Positions 21,086 through 31,900 of a stretch of 64,000 nucleotides of DNA are shown one piece after another. The position numbers and the translations under genes are program-made. How positions within the stretch are numbered: position 1 is the stretch's first letter; each line of letters starts with the position of its first letter. Origin of the DNA: Nitrosopumilus sp. (GTDB lineage: Archaea > Thermoproteota > Nitrososphaeria > Nitrososphaerales > Nitrosopumilaceae). The stretch lies in assembly GCA_965206745.1 (NCBI GenBank), contig OZ242220.1:1600001-1664000 (forward strand). The letters are read 5' to 3'. The notes beneath the pieces were generated by a model. It had not been told where the DNA came from. It did not search any database and saw only the letters and a program-made list of their open reading frames with translations.

Positions 21086-21850
21086 ATGGATACCGGCTCG
21101 TTTGATGGCATCAGAAGAAACGATGAGAGGTACAGGTGGCAGGTGATGGCAGACCATGCAGGGCTGGTCGGCAAGGCCAAGGAGGCAGTCCGATACCAGT
21201 ATGAGCTGCACGGAAGGCTTGTCAGGCGCCTAAATGAAAAGCTGCAGAACCGTGACCTGCAGGAGATGCCTCCGGCAAAGAGGAGGATGGTCATCTCGCA
21301 CTCGCTGTATGTAAAGAACTGCAGGGCAATCCACTCGTCGTACGAGCTTGTCTTGGGCGGGAAGATATCTGCATCCTATGCGCTTCTCAGGGACATACAC
21401 GAGGCAGTACTGGCACAGTACTATATTGGACTGTGTGAGGAGACAGAGTTTTCCAGGTATGCAAAGCTGCACCAGTGGGAGCGTGCCGGGTCAGACCATG
21501 ACTTTTACAGGCAGAGGCTGTATGTGTATGACGCCCTTGATGCTGCCTCCCGTGCATACTCGAAACTCTGCCGTCTGGCCCATCCGGGCTGGGATGTGCA
21601 GCTTGTCGGCTTCCAGTATGATGCAGAGGTGGTATCAGATTCCCTTTGCTGCCTGCTGTCAAGTTCGCTGTATAATGTGATGGCGCATTCTCAGGCCTGG
21701 ACGTTCAATGAGGGATTCATGCCCGAACTCTTGGGGATGGTCCGGCCGTTTGTTGAGCGGTATCTGCATGATTTGGATTACAACATGGAGGGGATGTTTC
21801 CAAACCATCCGGATGTGGCCAATAGGGTTTTGTGGAAGCCTTTGGGTTGA
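21086..21850 (+). CDS. Hypothetical helical protein, DUF5677/HEPN-like; GC-rich
   Basis: LLRDIHE..YSKLCRLAHP; visibly higher GC than neighbours. Confidence 0.55.
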   Translation: MDTGSFDGIRRNDERYRWQVMADHAGLVGKAKEAVRYQYELHGRLVRRLNEKLQNRDLQEMPPAKRRMVISHSLYVKNCRAIHSSYELVLGGKISASYALLRDIHEAVLAQYYIGLCEETEFSRYAKLHQWERAGSDHDFYRQRLYVYDALDAASRAYSKLCRLAHPGWDVQLVGFQYDAEVVSDSLCCLLSSSLYNVMAHSQAWTFNEGFMPELLGMVRPFVERYLHDLDYNMEGMFPNHPDVANRVLWKPLG

Positions 21851-21868
21851 TTTGTTTCTTAGATGGGG

Positions 21869-22273
21869 TCACTTGAGATTTGCAACCGGGATTCCAGCCT
21901 GTCCTGACTTTTCAGCATGCTTGAGGGAACTCTCTATCTTTTTCATGTATATGGCACAGTTGTGGCACAGGATGCGGAAATTTCTATCTGGGCTTTTTCC
22001 GTGAATTATTGTTTCTCCAACTAGCGTCTTTGCGTATTTTGAGTCATTTTGCTTTGAATTTTCAATGCGGTAGATGGTGAGAAGCTCCTCATGTTTTTCA
22101 CTACACACCACGCACCTGCCCCCCAGGATCTCCATCATGCTTGCCGTAGGCGTGCAGTCTTGATTCTCAGGCGGATTGGTCCTGTCATCTACCACCCCGT
22201 ACATATCGTCATGGTCATATAGAATCTCTTGTTTAACTTGGGCATCAGTTGCAAAACTATTGTCATATGACAT
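21869..22273 (-). CDS. HNH-like zinc-binding protein (degenerate)
   Basis: LGGRCVVC..LLTI..ILCHNC; catalytic DH replaced by YR. Confidence 0.5.
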   Translation of the reverse strand: MSYDNSFATDAQVKQEILYDHDDMYGVVDDRTNPPENQDCTPTASMMEILGGRCVVCSEKHEELLTIYRIENSKQNDSKYAKTLVGETIIHGKSPDRNFRILCHNCAIYMKKIESSLKHAEKSGQAGIPVANLK

Positions 22274-22522
22274 TGTATGTTTTGTGTGCCGGAGATCTAT
22301 AGATCTTGTGGTTTAAAATATCGTCGTTTCTCTGCAGAAAAATTGACAAGATTTTGTCTGCAAGTTTGGTTATACATGTCCAAGATTTGATTGGTGGCAG
22401 ATTTTGCTCAAAGATGCAAGTCTGACCAGTTCTTGAAGATGCCTATCCTCTCCAAATCAGTTCTTTGAATGTGGAGGATAGAAAGATCCTTGTAAAAAAT
22501 GGCTGAAGACAAGTGTGTAAAT

Positions 22523-22569
22523 GACCATACTCACAAACGGGGATCTGATCACTATATTTGAGCAGAGCT
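22523..22569. repeat. Dispersed repeat B copy
   Basis: tcacaaacggggatc-t-gatcactatatttgagcagagc. Confidence 0.7.
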
Positions 22570-22706
22570 GGTAAAAATAATCATGCACATTCATTTCCAT
22601 CAAGATTTGATGTATAATGGCTATTCATGCCACCTGTATTTTTCTATCATGGGCAGTTTCTAGCTGTTGATCATAACCTAAACTTTGATAATGTCTATAG
22701 TTCCAA

Positions 22707-23147
22707 TTATGGAAGCAAAAAATTATAGATAAATGAAAGTGATCCAAACACAACTCCAGCAATATATCCCACATATTGAATTATTGGACCTAGCGGTCTT
22801 AGATCCTCAGAAAAAATATCTATATCAGGATTTTCTTCTTGATATGTTGCTAATGCACGTTTGAATGTTCTGGGCTGTCTTATCTTAAGATCCCATTTGT
22901 GTCGATTAAACTTGTATCCAATTTGCACTTTTGATTCGGTCAAATCCTCTTGTAATTTTAGCATTCTCCGTAAATTATCACACATTACAGCATCCAATGT
23001 TTTATCTTTTAAATTTAATCGTAATCTTATATTCGGAATGCCTGGAAATAGTTTTCGCCTAGTTTTTTGTAGTGATCTGGATACTTTGGACTTTTTCTTT
23101 ACATTTTTGGAAGATTTCTCTGGCAACTTTTTCTTTTTCTTGTTCAT
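22707..23147 (-). CDS. Hypothetical protein with C-terminal TM helix (true start probably below 23059)
   Basis: C-terminal hydrophobic YVGYIAGVVFGSLSFIYNFLL; 5' part overlaps next ORF. Confidence 0.45.
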   Translation of the reverse strand: MNKKKKKLPEKSSKNVKKKSKVSRSLQKTRRKLFPGIPNIRLRLNLKDKTLDAVMCDNLRRMLKLQEDLTESKVQIGYKFNRHKWDLKIRQPRTFKRALATYQEENPDIDIFSEDLRPLGPIIQYVGYIAGVVFGSLSFIYNFLLP

Positions 23148-23304
23148 TTTCTAATTCTAATTTTGCAGATATATCAAAAGATGGCGAATTAGCAAGATCT
23201 TTTAAATCGGTAAATCCTAAACCCTCTAAAACACGTTTCACTTCAGGACATGCCTGATGCGTATTACAAAGTATCTTGAACTCGACCTCTGTTTTCAAGA
23301 GCAT
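23059..23304 (-). CDS. Small protein resembling Lrp/AsnC ligand-binding (ferredoxin-like) domain
   Basis: 81 aa beta-alpha-beta-beta-alpha-beta pattern with FDISAKLEL..VQSIQI. Confidence 0.45.
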   Translation of the reverse strand: MLLKTEVEFKILCNTHQACPEVKRVLEGLGFTDLKDLANSPSFDISAKLELENEQEKEKVAREIFQKCKEKVQSIQITTKN

Positions 23305-23601
23305 GATTTTAAATTTTGACCTCCAAGATATATTTTAAATAACAATAATCTATTATTGAATAACTACTATAAAATATTATATTTTATTATATTTTATTAT
23401 TATTCAATAATTATTTAGTATCTCAGAGTAAAGAATTGTATGAGGGCTAACAACTCAAAAAACTAGGCATGGAAATATTTTCGACAATGGTAATTCGTGC
23501 CTAACCAAAAGAAAGTAGCGATCTCATACGTTTTGTCTCTCTGAAAATACAGATTCCCAAATGGAACTCTAGTACACGCATACATCTAAGGACGGAAAAT
23601 A

Positions 23602-24441
23602 TCAGTCAAATACTGACCATTTTTCCGGATATCTTTCTCTTAATTTATCATACATTGCCTCTAATTTATCAGACTCCATACCGTGATCTACGATTCTGCG
23701 AATCTCCCTAAAATCATCATAATAAGAGGTAAAGGATTTATCGGATTCGCTAGTATTTTTCCTTGCATCAGCACGTCCTTTCTTATCTTTTTTTAAATTG
23801 GCATAGGCATAATTCTGACCTGCCAACTCATGGCTTAAATCAATACATTTTCGATAAAGAAAATTTAGACATGACCCAATTTTATCATGCAGTTCTGGAT
23901 ATTGTTTTTCAACTTTAGAGAGGATTCGATCATACTCCTCATGCATCAATGTTTGCCTAAACATGGCAATGGCAGAAGTATTGGGCATCGTGTGGTTTGC
24001 ATAAGATTCCAACTCCTCAGACAGATGCTCCAACAGATCAACTAGATCAGTTTGGAACTTGTGAGGGTGTCCTTTGAATGTCTCCTCTATGCTACTAGCT
24101 GATTCTGTTATGCGCTTGGTTATTTTTTTCAAATCATCGGTCAGCTCCTCAGAGGTCTTTGATGTGGTTGGGATCCATTGAATATTTTTTCCCGATTCGT
24201 CATATTTGATTTTTTTATCCTCTACAAGGTCATCACAGTATTTTTTCAATGTTTTTCTGTCACACATATCATCCACAATACAGAGTTCCTTGCGCAACTC
24301 TACATCAGATATACCATGTATCGACTTGACTGTACGACATATTCTGTCCTTGATCCTTTTTTCCGTATTTATACCCAAGATATGGACACTTTTACCAGTG
24401 CCGTATATTATTTCTTGGAATTTTGTCCTTGTTGAATCCAT
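23602..24441 (-). CDS. Winged-helix N-terminal domain + helical C-terminus, putative regulator
   Basis: GISDVELRKEL..DRKTLKKYCDDLVEDKKI wHTH pattern; likely start MDSTRTK. Confidence 0.55.
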   Translation of the reverse strand: MDSTRTKFQEIIYGTGKSVHILGINTEKRIKDRICRTVKSIHGISDVELRKELCIVDDMCDRKTLKKYCDDLVEDKKIKYDESGKNIQWIPTTSKTSEELTDDLKKITKRITESASSIEETFKGHPHKFQTDLVDLLEHLSEELESYANHTMPNTSAIAMFRQTLMHEEYDRILSKVEKQYPELHDKIGSCLNFLYRKCIDLSHELAGQNYAYANLKKDKKGRADARKNTSESDKSFTSYYDDFREIRRIVDHGMESDKLEAMYDKLRERYPEKWSVFD

Positions 24442-24469
24442 GTATAACGGAAAGAGCTTGGTACAATAC

Positions 24470-24583
24470 ATGAGCAAAAATGTTCAATCAGCATCCCGTG
24501 CTGGAAAAGGAAAAGGAGGAAAACCTTCTGGCACAGGCAAGCCCTCTGGTGGCGGACGAGACAACAATCCACTAGGAAAATAA
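24470..24583 (+). CDS. 37-aa Gly/Lys-rich microprotein
   Basis: MSKNVQSASRAGKGKGGKPSGTGKPSGGGRDNNPLGK, immediately followed by a terminator hairpin. Confidence 0.5.
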   Translation: MSKNVQSASRAGKGKGGKPSGTGKPSGGGRDNNPLGK

Positions 24584-24591
24584 GCCCATAT

Positions 24592-24625
24592 CCTGCTAGG
24601 ATTATTCCTAGCAGGGCTTTTTTTT
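24592..24625 (+). terminator. Hairpin + T-tract terminator
   Basis: cctgctagga-ttat-tcctagcagg perfect 10-bp stem, then gc and T8. Confidence 0.75.
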
Positions 24626-24832
24626 AATTTGTAGCAGATCAACTGTACTGTAAACTCGTGACTGAAATTATCAGTAATGATTTGCAGATGGAAATCTAAT
24701 TGGATTTGCTCCCAAGATAGTTAGTATGAGTCAGAACAAGATTCAGTATTTCAAGTCCAAGACTGCACAGGACCTAGATTTTTGATTGCAAGTCTATTCG
24801 TGGATTCTGAGATACGCTAGATGATTTTGATA

Positions 24833-26641
24833 TTATCTTAACCACCAAAACCAATCAAATTTAGATAATGCAGGTGTGGAATCAGATTTGGAATGAGTAT
24901 TTTGTTTTTGAAATTTTGTATTTTGAATCTTCTTGAGAATATCATCTAAATGTGTTTTTTCAGAAATAATTTTCTTGGTTAATTTAGAATTTACATCATC
25001 TGCTCTAAAGTCAGATAGATGATTAAGGCAAATAGTTAGTTCGTCTAATATATCAAAAGATATGTTTTGGAATTGATAAAAATCTAAATCAGAATTCCAT
25101 AAAAGTTTCAATTTGTCATTTTTGACTATATTTTCTTCAAGAAAATTGTCTATGGGTGTTGAAAATGTCTTAGTTAATGCAAGGATTAGTTCTGGTGGGG
25201 CATCATTACAAAATACAGGATTTGGATAAATTTCATGGACAAGTTTTTTAATATGTTTTAAATTATCTAAAGAAGATATTGTCAAGTTAATTCTAGTGAG
25301 AATATTTTCTAATAATTCAAAATTATTGTTAATACATAATTTTATCACCATTTGGATCTTTTTTTCATAATTAATGTTTGGAAAATCCTCTAGTTTCAAA
25401 AATTTTATAATTTGAGGATTTAACCTCTTTGTAGTTATAAAAATTTTAAAAATATTTTCTTGATATTTAGAACGTGAACCGGCAACTTCATCCAGAAATT
25501 TGACTCCTTTTTCTTTAACCTCGTTCTTTCTTTTATTGAGAATATTCTTCAATACCTTATTTATTAAATAAGGATCTTGTTTTTCTACCTGCTTTAAAAT
25601 ATTTTCAATTGGATACAAGCCCAAATGGTAATCTTCTGTACTTTGAAGCAGTTGCTCAGTATTAATTTTTGCAAGTAATTTGGGATTTCTTGGATCTCCC
25701 GCATATTTTTTTGCGTTATTGAGATACACGGATGCTGATTTCAAATGCAGTTTACTTGCAGCTTTTGCACATTCCAAGTAATATCTTGCTTTTTTTGTCG
25801 ATTCAGTTGTTTGTTTTGAAAGATTTTCATAATTTAATAATTTAAATTTGTCAAATTTAGATTCTCCTTCAATTTTATTAAATTCTGTATTGAATTCATG
25901 AATTTTGGATTTATTTTTTGTATAAATAATATGTGAAAAGTATGTTACATCTTTGAATCTAATATATGAGTCATCTTTGTTTGAAAATCCAACCACGGTC
26001 CATCGTTTATCTGTAAGATCAATTTTATCATAAGGAATTTGAATAAAATCATATGTAGTTTGTCTTTTTGTATCTGTAACCAGTGTTGAAAATGAAAGTA
26101 ATCTCATAGGCATAGGCAATGCAACTAAAAGATTTTGAATGGCAGATATTGACTCAATATTAGCATAAGCAATTTTTTTCTTTGAAATTATCCCATGAAA
26201 AATTTTATTCAAAATCCCTTCTGAAATTCCAGAAAAAGCACTAAAATCAATTGGGACAGGTGAAGACTTGATTTGTATGGGTTCTAATTTTCCAGATAAA
26301 TTAGAATCTTCTATAAAATAATTATCAAATATTCTTGAATCATTTTCAATTTTTTCAAAATCTTCTTTATCAAAAATAAACGTGTGATTGTACAACGTTC
26401 CACGTCTAGCATCATAACCGACGCCGATATTTTTAATGATGCTATAAGCAATTTTATTCTTGAAAATTAATTGAGAACGTGATTCTTGAAATTTTTCTAA
26501 ATTTGTTCCAATTGGATAATAATATCCTGATAGTTCAGAAAGTATCTCATTTGAAATGCCGTTGCTTTTTGCTATAATTTGATAACCTTCTTTTTCATCA
26601 GTCTTTGCCGACGTATAAATAAAATGATCACATGAAAACAA
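24833..26641 (-). CDS. GAP1-N2-like domain protein (GTPase-associated conflict system component)
   Basis: HFIYTSA..GYQIIAKS.GI..G.D..R.G.LY.HTFI and LP..MR.LSFST patterns; coupled to GTPase. Confidence 0.65.
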   Translation of the reverse strand: MFSCDHFIYTSAKTDEKEGYQIIAKSNGISNEILSELSGYYYPIGTNLEKFQESRSQLIFKNKIAYSIIKNIGVGYDARRGTLYNHTFIFDKEDFEKIENDSRIFDNYFIEDSNLSGKLEPIQIKSSPVPIDFSAFSGISEGILNKIFHGIISKKKIAYANIESISAIQNLLVALPMPMRLLSFSTLVTDTKRQTTYDFIQIPYDKIDLTDKRWTVVGFSNKDDSYIRFKDVTYFSHIIYTKNKSKIHEFNTEFNKIEGESKFDKFKLLNYENLSKQTTESTKKARYYLECAKAASKLHLKSASVYLNNAKKYAGDPRNPKLLAKINTEQLLQSTEDYHLGLYPIENILKQVEKQDPYLINKVLKNILNKRKNEVKEKGVKFLDEVAGSRSKYQENIFKIFITTKRLNPQIIKFLKLEDFPNINYEKKIQMVIKLCINNNFELLENILTRINLTISSLDNLKHIKKLVHEIYPNPVFCNDAPPELILALTKTFSTPIDNFLEENIVKNDKLKLLWNSDLDFYQFQNISFDILDELTICLNHLSDFRADDVNSKLTKKIISEKTHLDDILKKIQNTKFQKQNTHSKSDSTPALSKFDWFWWLR

Positions 26642-26643
26642 GA

Positions 26644-27636
26644 TTAGTCATTTAGGTTTTCATCTAACCATGAAATAAATTTAACATATTCATCTTCGCT
26701 GTAGGACAACGGTATTTTGACTTTATACGTAAATTCTTGTTTTTTTACTTCTGAAGTGCCAGCTGGTGGAGTAATTAAAGTAGGCTTTCCAGAACGTGTA
26801 GAAGCCTTTGCATTGTATAGAGAAGGATATGGAGTGCCTGATTCTATCTTAATTTTAATTGGTTTATTATCTGAACCACGTTCCACATCCAGATATACCT
26901 TAAAAAATCCAACATCTTTTGTAACCATTCCTTTCATGTGACGATAAAATTCTGGCATGTGTTTTTTTAGTAAATCTTCTGCAGTCAGTATTCTATTTTT
27001 TTCATCAAGAAGATCAGTTTTTGTGAACATGATTGCAATTGGATTGTTAATTTTACCATCCTTTGATTCATTGATTGATTGTTTTAATGCAAGAATTTTA
27101 TTAAGTAAAATCATATTATCAAAAGATTGGTCTTTCCACAATTCGATCTTTTGACAATCAATTAAGAGGACATATACTTTCGAAAAAATCAGAAATGAGT
27201 AAGGGCTAAATTTAGTACCTTTCTGTTTTTCATAATTGATAATTCTAGTAGCTAATGAGGAGGCATCCATCTCATTAGTAAAAAAATAATCATTTAATTC
27301 TCCTGCAAAATCATTTAATCTAAGTTCAATTTCACCACCACTTGCTTTCTTTTGTTTAAGAATCATTTGAACTTGTTTGATTTCGGATTCTGCAGTCTTT
27401 TCTGGAAATTTCCCTCCTTTTAATGACATACTGTTTGCTTTCATATGTTCAATTCCATTTTTTATTCTAAAATCATATTCTGGATGATCTTCAAGAAATT
27501 TGTTAATTATTGTATCAAGTAATAAAGCTCCAACGATTGTTTTGCCAGTTTTTAGAGAACCAAGAATTGAAATAATTTTTTGGTTTTCAAATGATTTTTT
27601 AGCAATATCCAAAGAAGATATATTTTCTTTACTCAA
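26644..27636 (-). CDS. TRAFAC-class GTPase (double-GTPase/DO-GTPase-like)
   Basis: G1 GSLKTGKT, G2 PEKT, G3 DFAGE, G4 TKTD. Confidence 0.8.
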   Translation of the reverse strand: MSKENISSLDIAKKSFENQKIISILGSLKTGKTIVGALLLDTIINKFLEDHPEYDFRIKNGIEHMKANSMSLKGGKFPEKTAESEIKQVQMILKQKKASGGEIELRLNDFAGELNDYFFTNEMDASSLATRIINYEKQKGTKFSPYSFLIFSKVYVLLIDCQKIELWKDQSFDNMILLNKILALKQSINESKDGKINNPIAIMFTKTDLLDEKNRILTAEDLLKKHMPEFYRHMKGMVTKDVGFFKVYLDVERGSDNKPIKIKIESGTPYPSLYNAKASTRSGKPTLITPPAGTSEVKKQEFTYKVKIPLSYSEDEYVKFISWLDENLND

Positions 27637-27674
27637 ACAATATCAATTCCATTATGTGTTTAATAAGGATTAAT

Positions 27675-28664
27675 TTATTTGCTTATCATTTCTCTGTATT
27701 TTGCTATGTCTCGAACATAGAAACTTTTGCTTTTTTTATCCTGATTATCAGTAATTGCGATACTGATACGAATCACCCCTACTCCATCATATTTTTTTCC
27801 AAATCTTGAAGGTGCAGGATTCGCTTTCTCATATTCTACAAATGCATTAGTGCCTTTTATGATGGCATCATCAATTTGTTTTATCGTAGAATATCCTAAT
27901 TCTTTCAATTGCTGAGTAATTTCTAAAATTGACGATGGTATAGATTCAGGTCGACTAGTAAATTTTTGTTTGATATATTGAGTTAACGGTTCTAATTTGC
28001 AAGGTTGACCAAGAAGATCTTCACCGATATCAATTTTTAATTTTTGCTCTTGTGAATTATAATATGTGTCAAATCTTTGATCAACAAAAAAGAATAAACT
28101 ACTAATTGCATACATTTCTCTACGGAAATTTTCATTTAATTCAACTTTTTTGTATAGAGTATCATGTGAAACATTAGCCCATGCATGCATTAATTCAGTT
28201 CGTATTTGGATTTCACATTGAGTTTTCAATATATCTGGCCAAAGAAACAGATCTGATTTTGAAACAGAATTATTTGATAATTTGAGAATATAATGATCAG
28301 ATCGATAGCCGGATTCACTTACTCTTTCAGAAAAACTATGTTGTTTTTTTTGAATTACATTGAAGTTATCTTCAATTAATTTATCAATTTCTTCCAACTC
28401 TGAATAATACAAACAAATTACACGAATTCCAATAAAATCTTCCATATTGATGAAATAATTATTATTTATTTGCTTACGTATAATTTTATTATAAAATGAT
28501 TCAAAACTTTTTATTCTTTTTCGTAAATTAAAATTTTTAATATTTGTTAAACCAATTTTAGCAGTAAGAATTTCTTCAACTTTATTCATAGCTGGTTCGA
28601 ATATTTTTTTTTGTTGATTATATTCATCATTCAGAGATTGTTCATCTGGAGCACTAAAACCCAT
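27675..28664 (-). CDS. RelA/SpoT-domain small alarmone synthetase-like nucleotidyltransferase
   Basis: RIKSFESFYNK, EDFIGIRVI, SGYRSDHY, EIQIRTELMHAWA..H..LYK all intact; extra C-terminal domain. Confidence 0.85.
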   Translation of the reverse strand: MGFSAPDEQSLNDEYNQQKKIFEPAMNKVEEILTAKIGLTNIKNFNLRKRIKSFESFYNKIIRKQINNNYFINMEDFIGIRVICLYYSELEEIDKLIEDNFNVIQKKQHSFSERVSESGYRSDHYILKLSNNSVSKSDLFLWPDILKTQCEIQIRTELMHAWANVSHDTLYKKVELNENFRREMYAISSLFFFVDQRFDTYYNSQEQKLKIDIGEDLLGQPCKLEPLTQYIKQKFTSRPESIPSSILEITQQLKELGYSTIKQIDDAIIKGTNAFVEYEKANPAPSRFGKKYDGVGVIRISIAITDNQDKKSKSFYVRDIAKYREMISK

Positions 28665-28733
28665 ATATTTTTCAATAGTGCCAATTTTTTAAATTTATCT
28701 TTTTTCGATATTACTGTGTTTATGAGAACATGA

Positions 28734-28894
28734 TATATGGATCTTATTTCAACTCAAAAAAACTCGCTCACCCTAGAATTTCTATCAAAAGGATTAACTT
28801 GTCGTGTGTTAAACACTAGATACAGATCCTCTTCTGATTCAATTACTGATTCTGGGAGATTTTGGTGATCTGATCATCATTTGTGACCAGAGCC
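28734..28894. repeat. Motif A (28734-28762) plus composite A+B (28821-28894)
   Basis: atatggatcttatttcaactcaaaaaa; tacagatcctcttctgattcaa..ggtgatc-t-gatcatcatttgtgaccagagcc. Confidence 0.7.
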
Positions 28895-28920
28895 TAGATT
28901 TTTTTTAGCGTAATGAAAGA

Positions 28921-31900
28921 TCATCGTAACAAATCTCTATAGTCATAACTTGATCGTAATAGATGATCGATGATTTTCTTGCAAATATCTCTAACGCCAT
29001 CATGATTATCTTTCAATAATGATTCTAAGAGATTTTTAATTTCTGGTTTAGGGATGTATGCACTATTTCGTTTTTCAACAAGCAATTTTAGACATTCAGC
29101 CACAAGTATAGAATATTTGGGAATATATTTTTCCAATTTTGAGAATTTGATATAAATTAAGTTGAATTTTCCTTCATAACGCTCAAGGTAATCACGATAT
29201 AATTTTATCGTAGTTTCGTCATCTAGAGGGCTGTTTGTAAACCATTCATATAATTGAGCATGTTTTGAAAATGATTCATGATTCCAAAGTTTTTTTAATT
29301 TTTCTTTATTAAATTTCTGATCATTCTTTTTACCTTTAATTACATTAGCTATTTGGAATACACAGTGTTGAATTGGTGCCTCGTAATCATTTTCCTCATC
29401 TGTTATCTCTTTGTTCTCTACTAAAAATTGTTCAAAATATGCATCGACTTTATCAAAATCATAAAAATATGCCAAAATCATGTGATCGATTGTGGAATTA
29501 TACGCAGCGTGTGCTTTGTTATCCCTTAACAAATCAGAATTAAGCATTTTTGCATACCACGTAGGTATTTTCTTAAAAATATCAGTATACAATTTGTTAT
29601 AACGCACATAACACTCCCAAAAAGCAATCTTTAATTTTTTATCGGATTCAATTTTCTCTAATATTTGATCAAATAATTCTTTATCCAAATAATAAAAACT
29701 CGGCAAATACAAACCAAATACTGCATGACGTGAAATTGTCTGTCTGATAAATTTTTTATCAAGATAATTATCCAGAATCTGCTTTATCCTTGGCTCTATG
29801 AATTTTTTGCCATCACTATGTTTGCGGTGCCATAATAAATAATTGGCAAGTATATGAAAAGATACACCATCCATACCATTAATACAGACTGTTAAAGCAT
29901 CATCCGCAAAATTTTCTCCTAGATAATTATCACTCGATGGGTTTTTTGTCCCAATCTCTACAATGCATTCTAAGATTGACAACAATCTATCCTTATGGAT
30001 AAAATCAATGTAATCTTCTTTTAATGCAGTTTCCAGCAATTGAGAAAATTTCAATATTGGATCATATGATGTTGATCTATACTTTTCATCATCATGGTTT
30101 TTGATCAGATATTTGATTAACGATAATATCCCATCCCAATTAATTTCATTTTTATCTTTAAGGGCATTTTTTATGTTAGAAAAAAATTCATAAAGCAAAT
30201 AGGGCGCTATGTCCTTTAGCTCAATTGCTCTCTTTGAGCATTCCAAGGTATTATTTTTTACATAATCTCCAAAATTCACAGCTCGTATATCATCACGTGC
30301 ATATATTCCAGAATTTAATTTCAAAGTTTTGGCAATCTCAAACACATCATCTACTGATTTATGTCTAAAATCATCAGATGGTTTAGGTGGTTCCATAACT
30401 GAGACTCTTACAGGAGGATGTAAAGATTCAGGCGTATCAATCGATCCAAGTTCTTTTTCTAATTCATCAAATATTTGTTTGTGTTTTTTATCAAGATATT
30501 TTTTAATCGATGTTAGTTGTCTTAATTTACAGGATTTTTGTAGGTATATCTCTTCTTCAGCAAATTTGATCTTTTTTGGAATTTCTTCATCAGAATATCC
30601 ATCAATGATCATCTCAAGAATTTTCTCTCTGATACAATTAGAAACATTGCCAAACATCTTTTCAATTAGATTGTAATACTCGTGATATGCATCTATATTC
30701 TTAAAATATAGTAATAATGACAGCTCTATCTGAGGTTTAAACGCATCAGGAAATACTGAAAATATATGCAATTCAATTCTTCGGTATATCAGATATTTTT
30801 TTCCATTTAGTATACTCATACAATTTTTTAAGATGGAAATGTCTTTTTTGCCAAGTTCTACAAGGCATATCCGGAGTTTGCTGACAAAGGGGGATTTTAT
30901 ATCGGTATTCCTGTTCTGTTCGTCATCTTCAATTGCAGATCTCCAATATGTGACAGACATTTGTGCATCCATTCCAAAATGATCTATATCAAGAGCCTTT
31001 TCCAACAGATCGGAGATCAATTTAATGGTTAATTTTGGATGTTTAGAGGATATGTCAGATATTAAATCAGAAAAATACTCGTTATACCAAAATTCTGTAA
31101 ACGGATAGATTGCTTGCTTAGAATTAGGTTGTTCCCAAAGATCTGAAGACGTCTCCGATGAGATGGGATTAAAAATGAGTTCAAATATCTTTGTTGCAAG
31201 ATCTGATTCATTTTCTAAAAATAATTTCTTTACAAACTGTGAATATTTTTCAGTAAACAAATGATCTTGCGTATAGCCAGATTGGATAAAATCATACCAA
31301 TTCTCATCTAGTGATTTTTGGGCAATTTTTAATGCATGAGTAATTGGCAAAGTAATTGCACATGAAAGAAAATCTTCATAGATTCTAGGGTTACGTTTCT
31401 TTTTACTTTTAAATTTACAATCTAAAATTATCTGTGTGACTAGATCTGGATATTCTTTTACACATTTAATTAAATAAGCAGATGGGGCCCAAAAATAATA
31501 AACAAGTTTGCCATCTTCAGAAATAGATCCTGAGGGATTATCAAAAAATCCAACCTTTTTTAGAAATTCTAACCACTTTTCAGATAGTTTATCAAACATA
31601 TGAATAACTGATGCATAAGGCACAGCAAGATGTTTTAATTTCTCGGCATCTTTTATGGAAGGCGAATGCGTGATAATCTTATCAATTTCATCAAAAATAT
31701 CTGTTGGGGGTTGAACTAGTTCTGCTATAATTTTCCCAACATCGTCAAGTTTTGATATTAAATCATCTTCATCATCTATTGTACCATGATGTACAATACC
31801 ATTAAGGTAGCGATATTCATTAACTAACCTATCATAACGAGAATCATTTGAAATAGATCCCTGTCCTTTTAGATCTATAACCTGTTTGAGCAAGAATATA

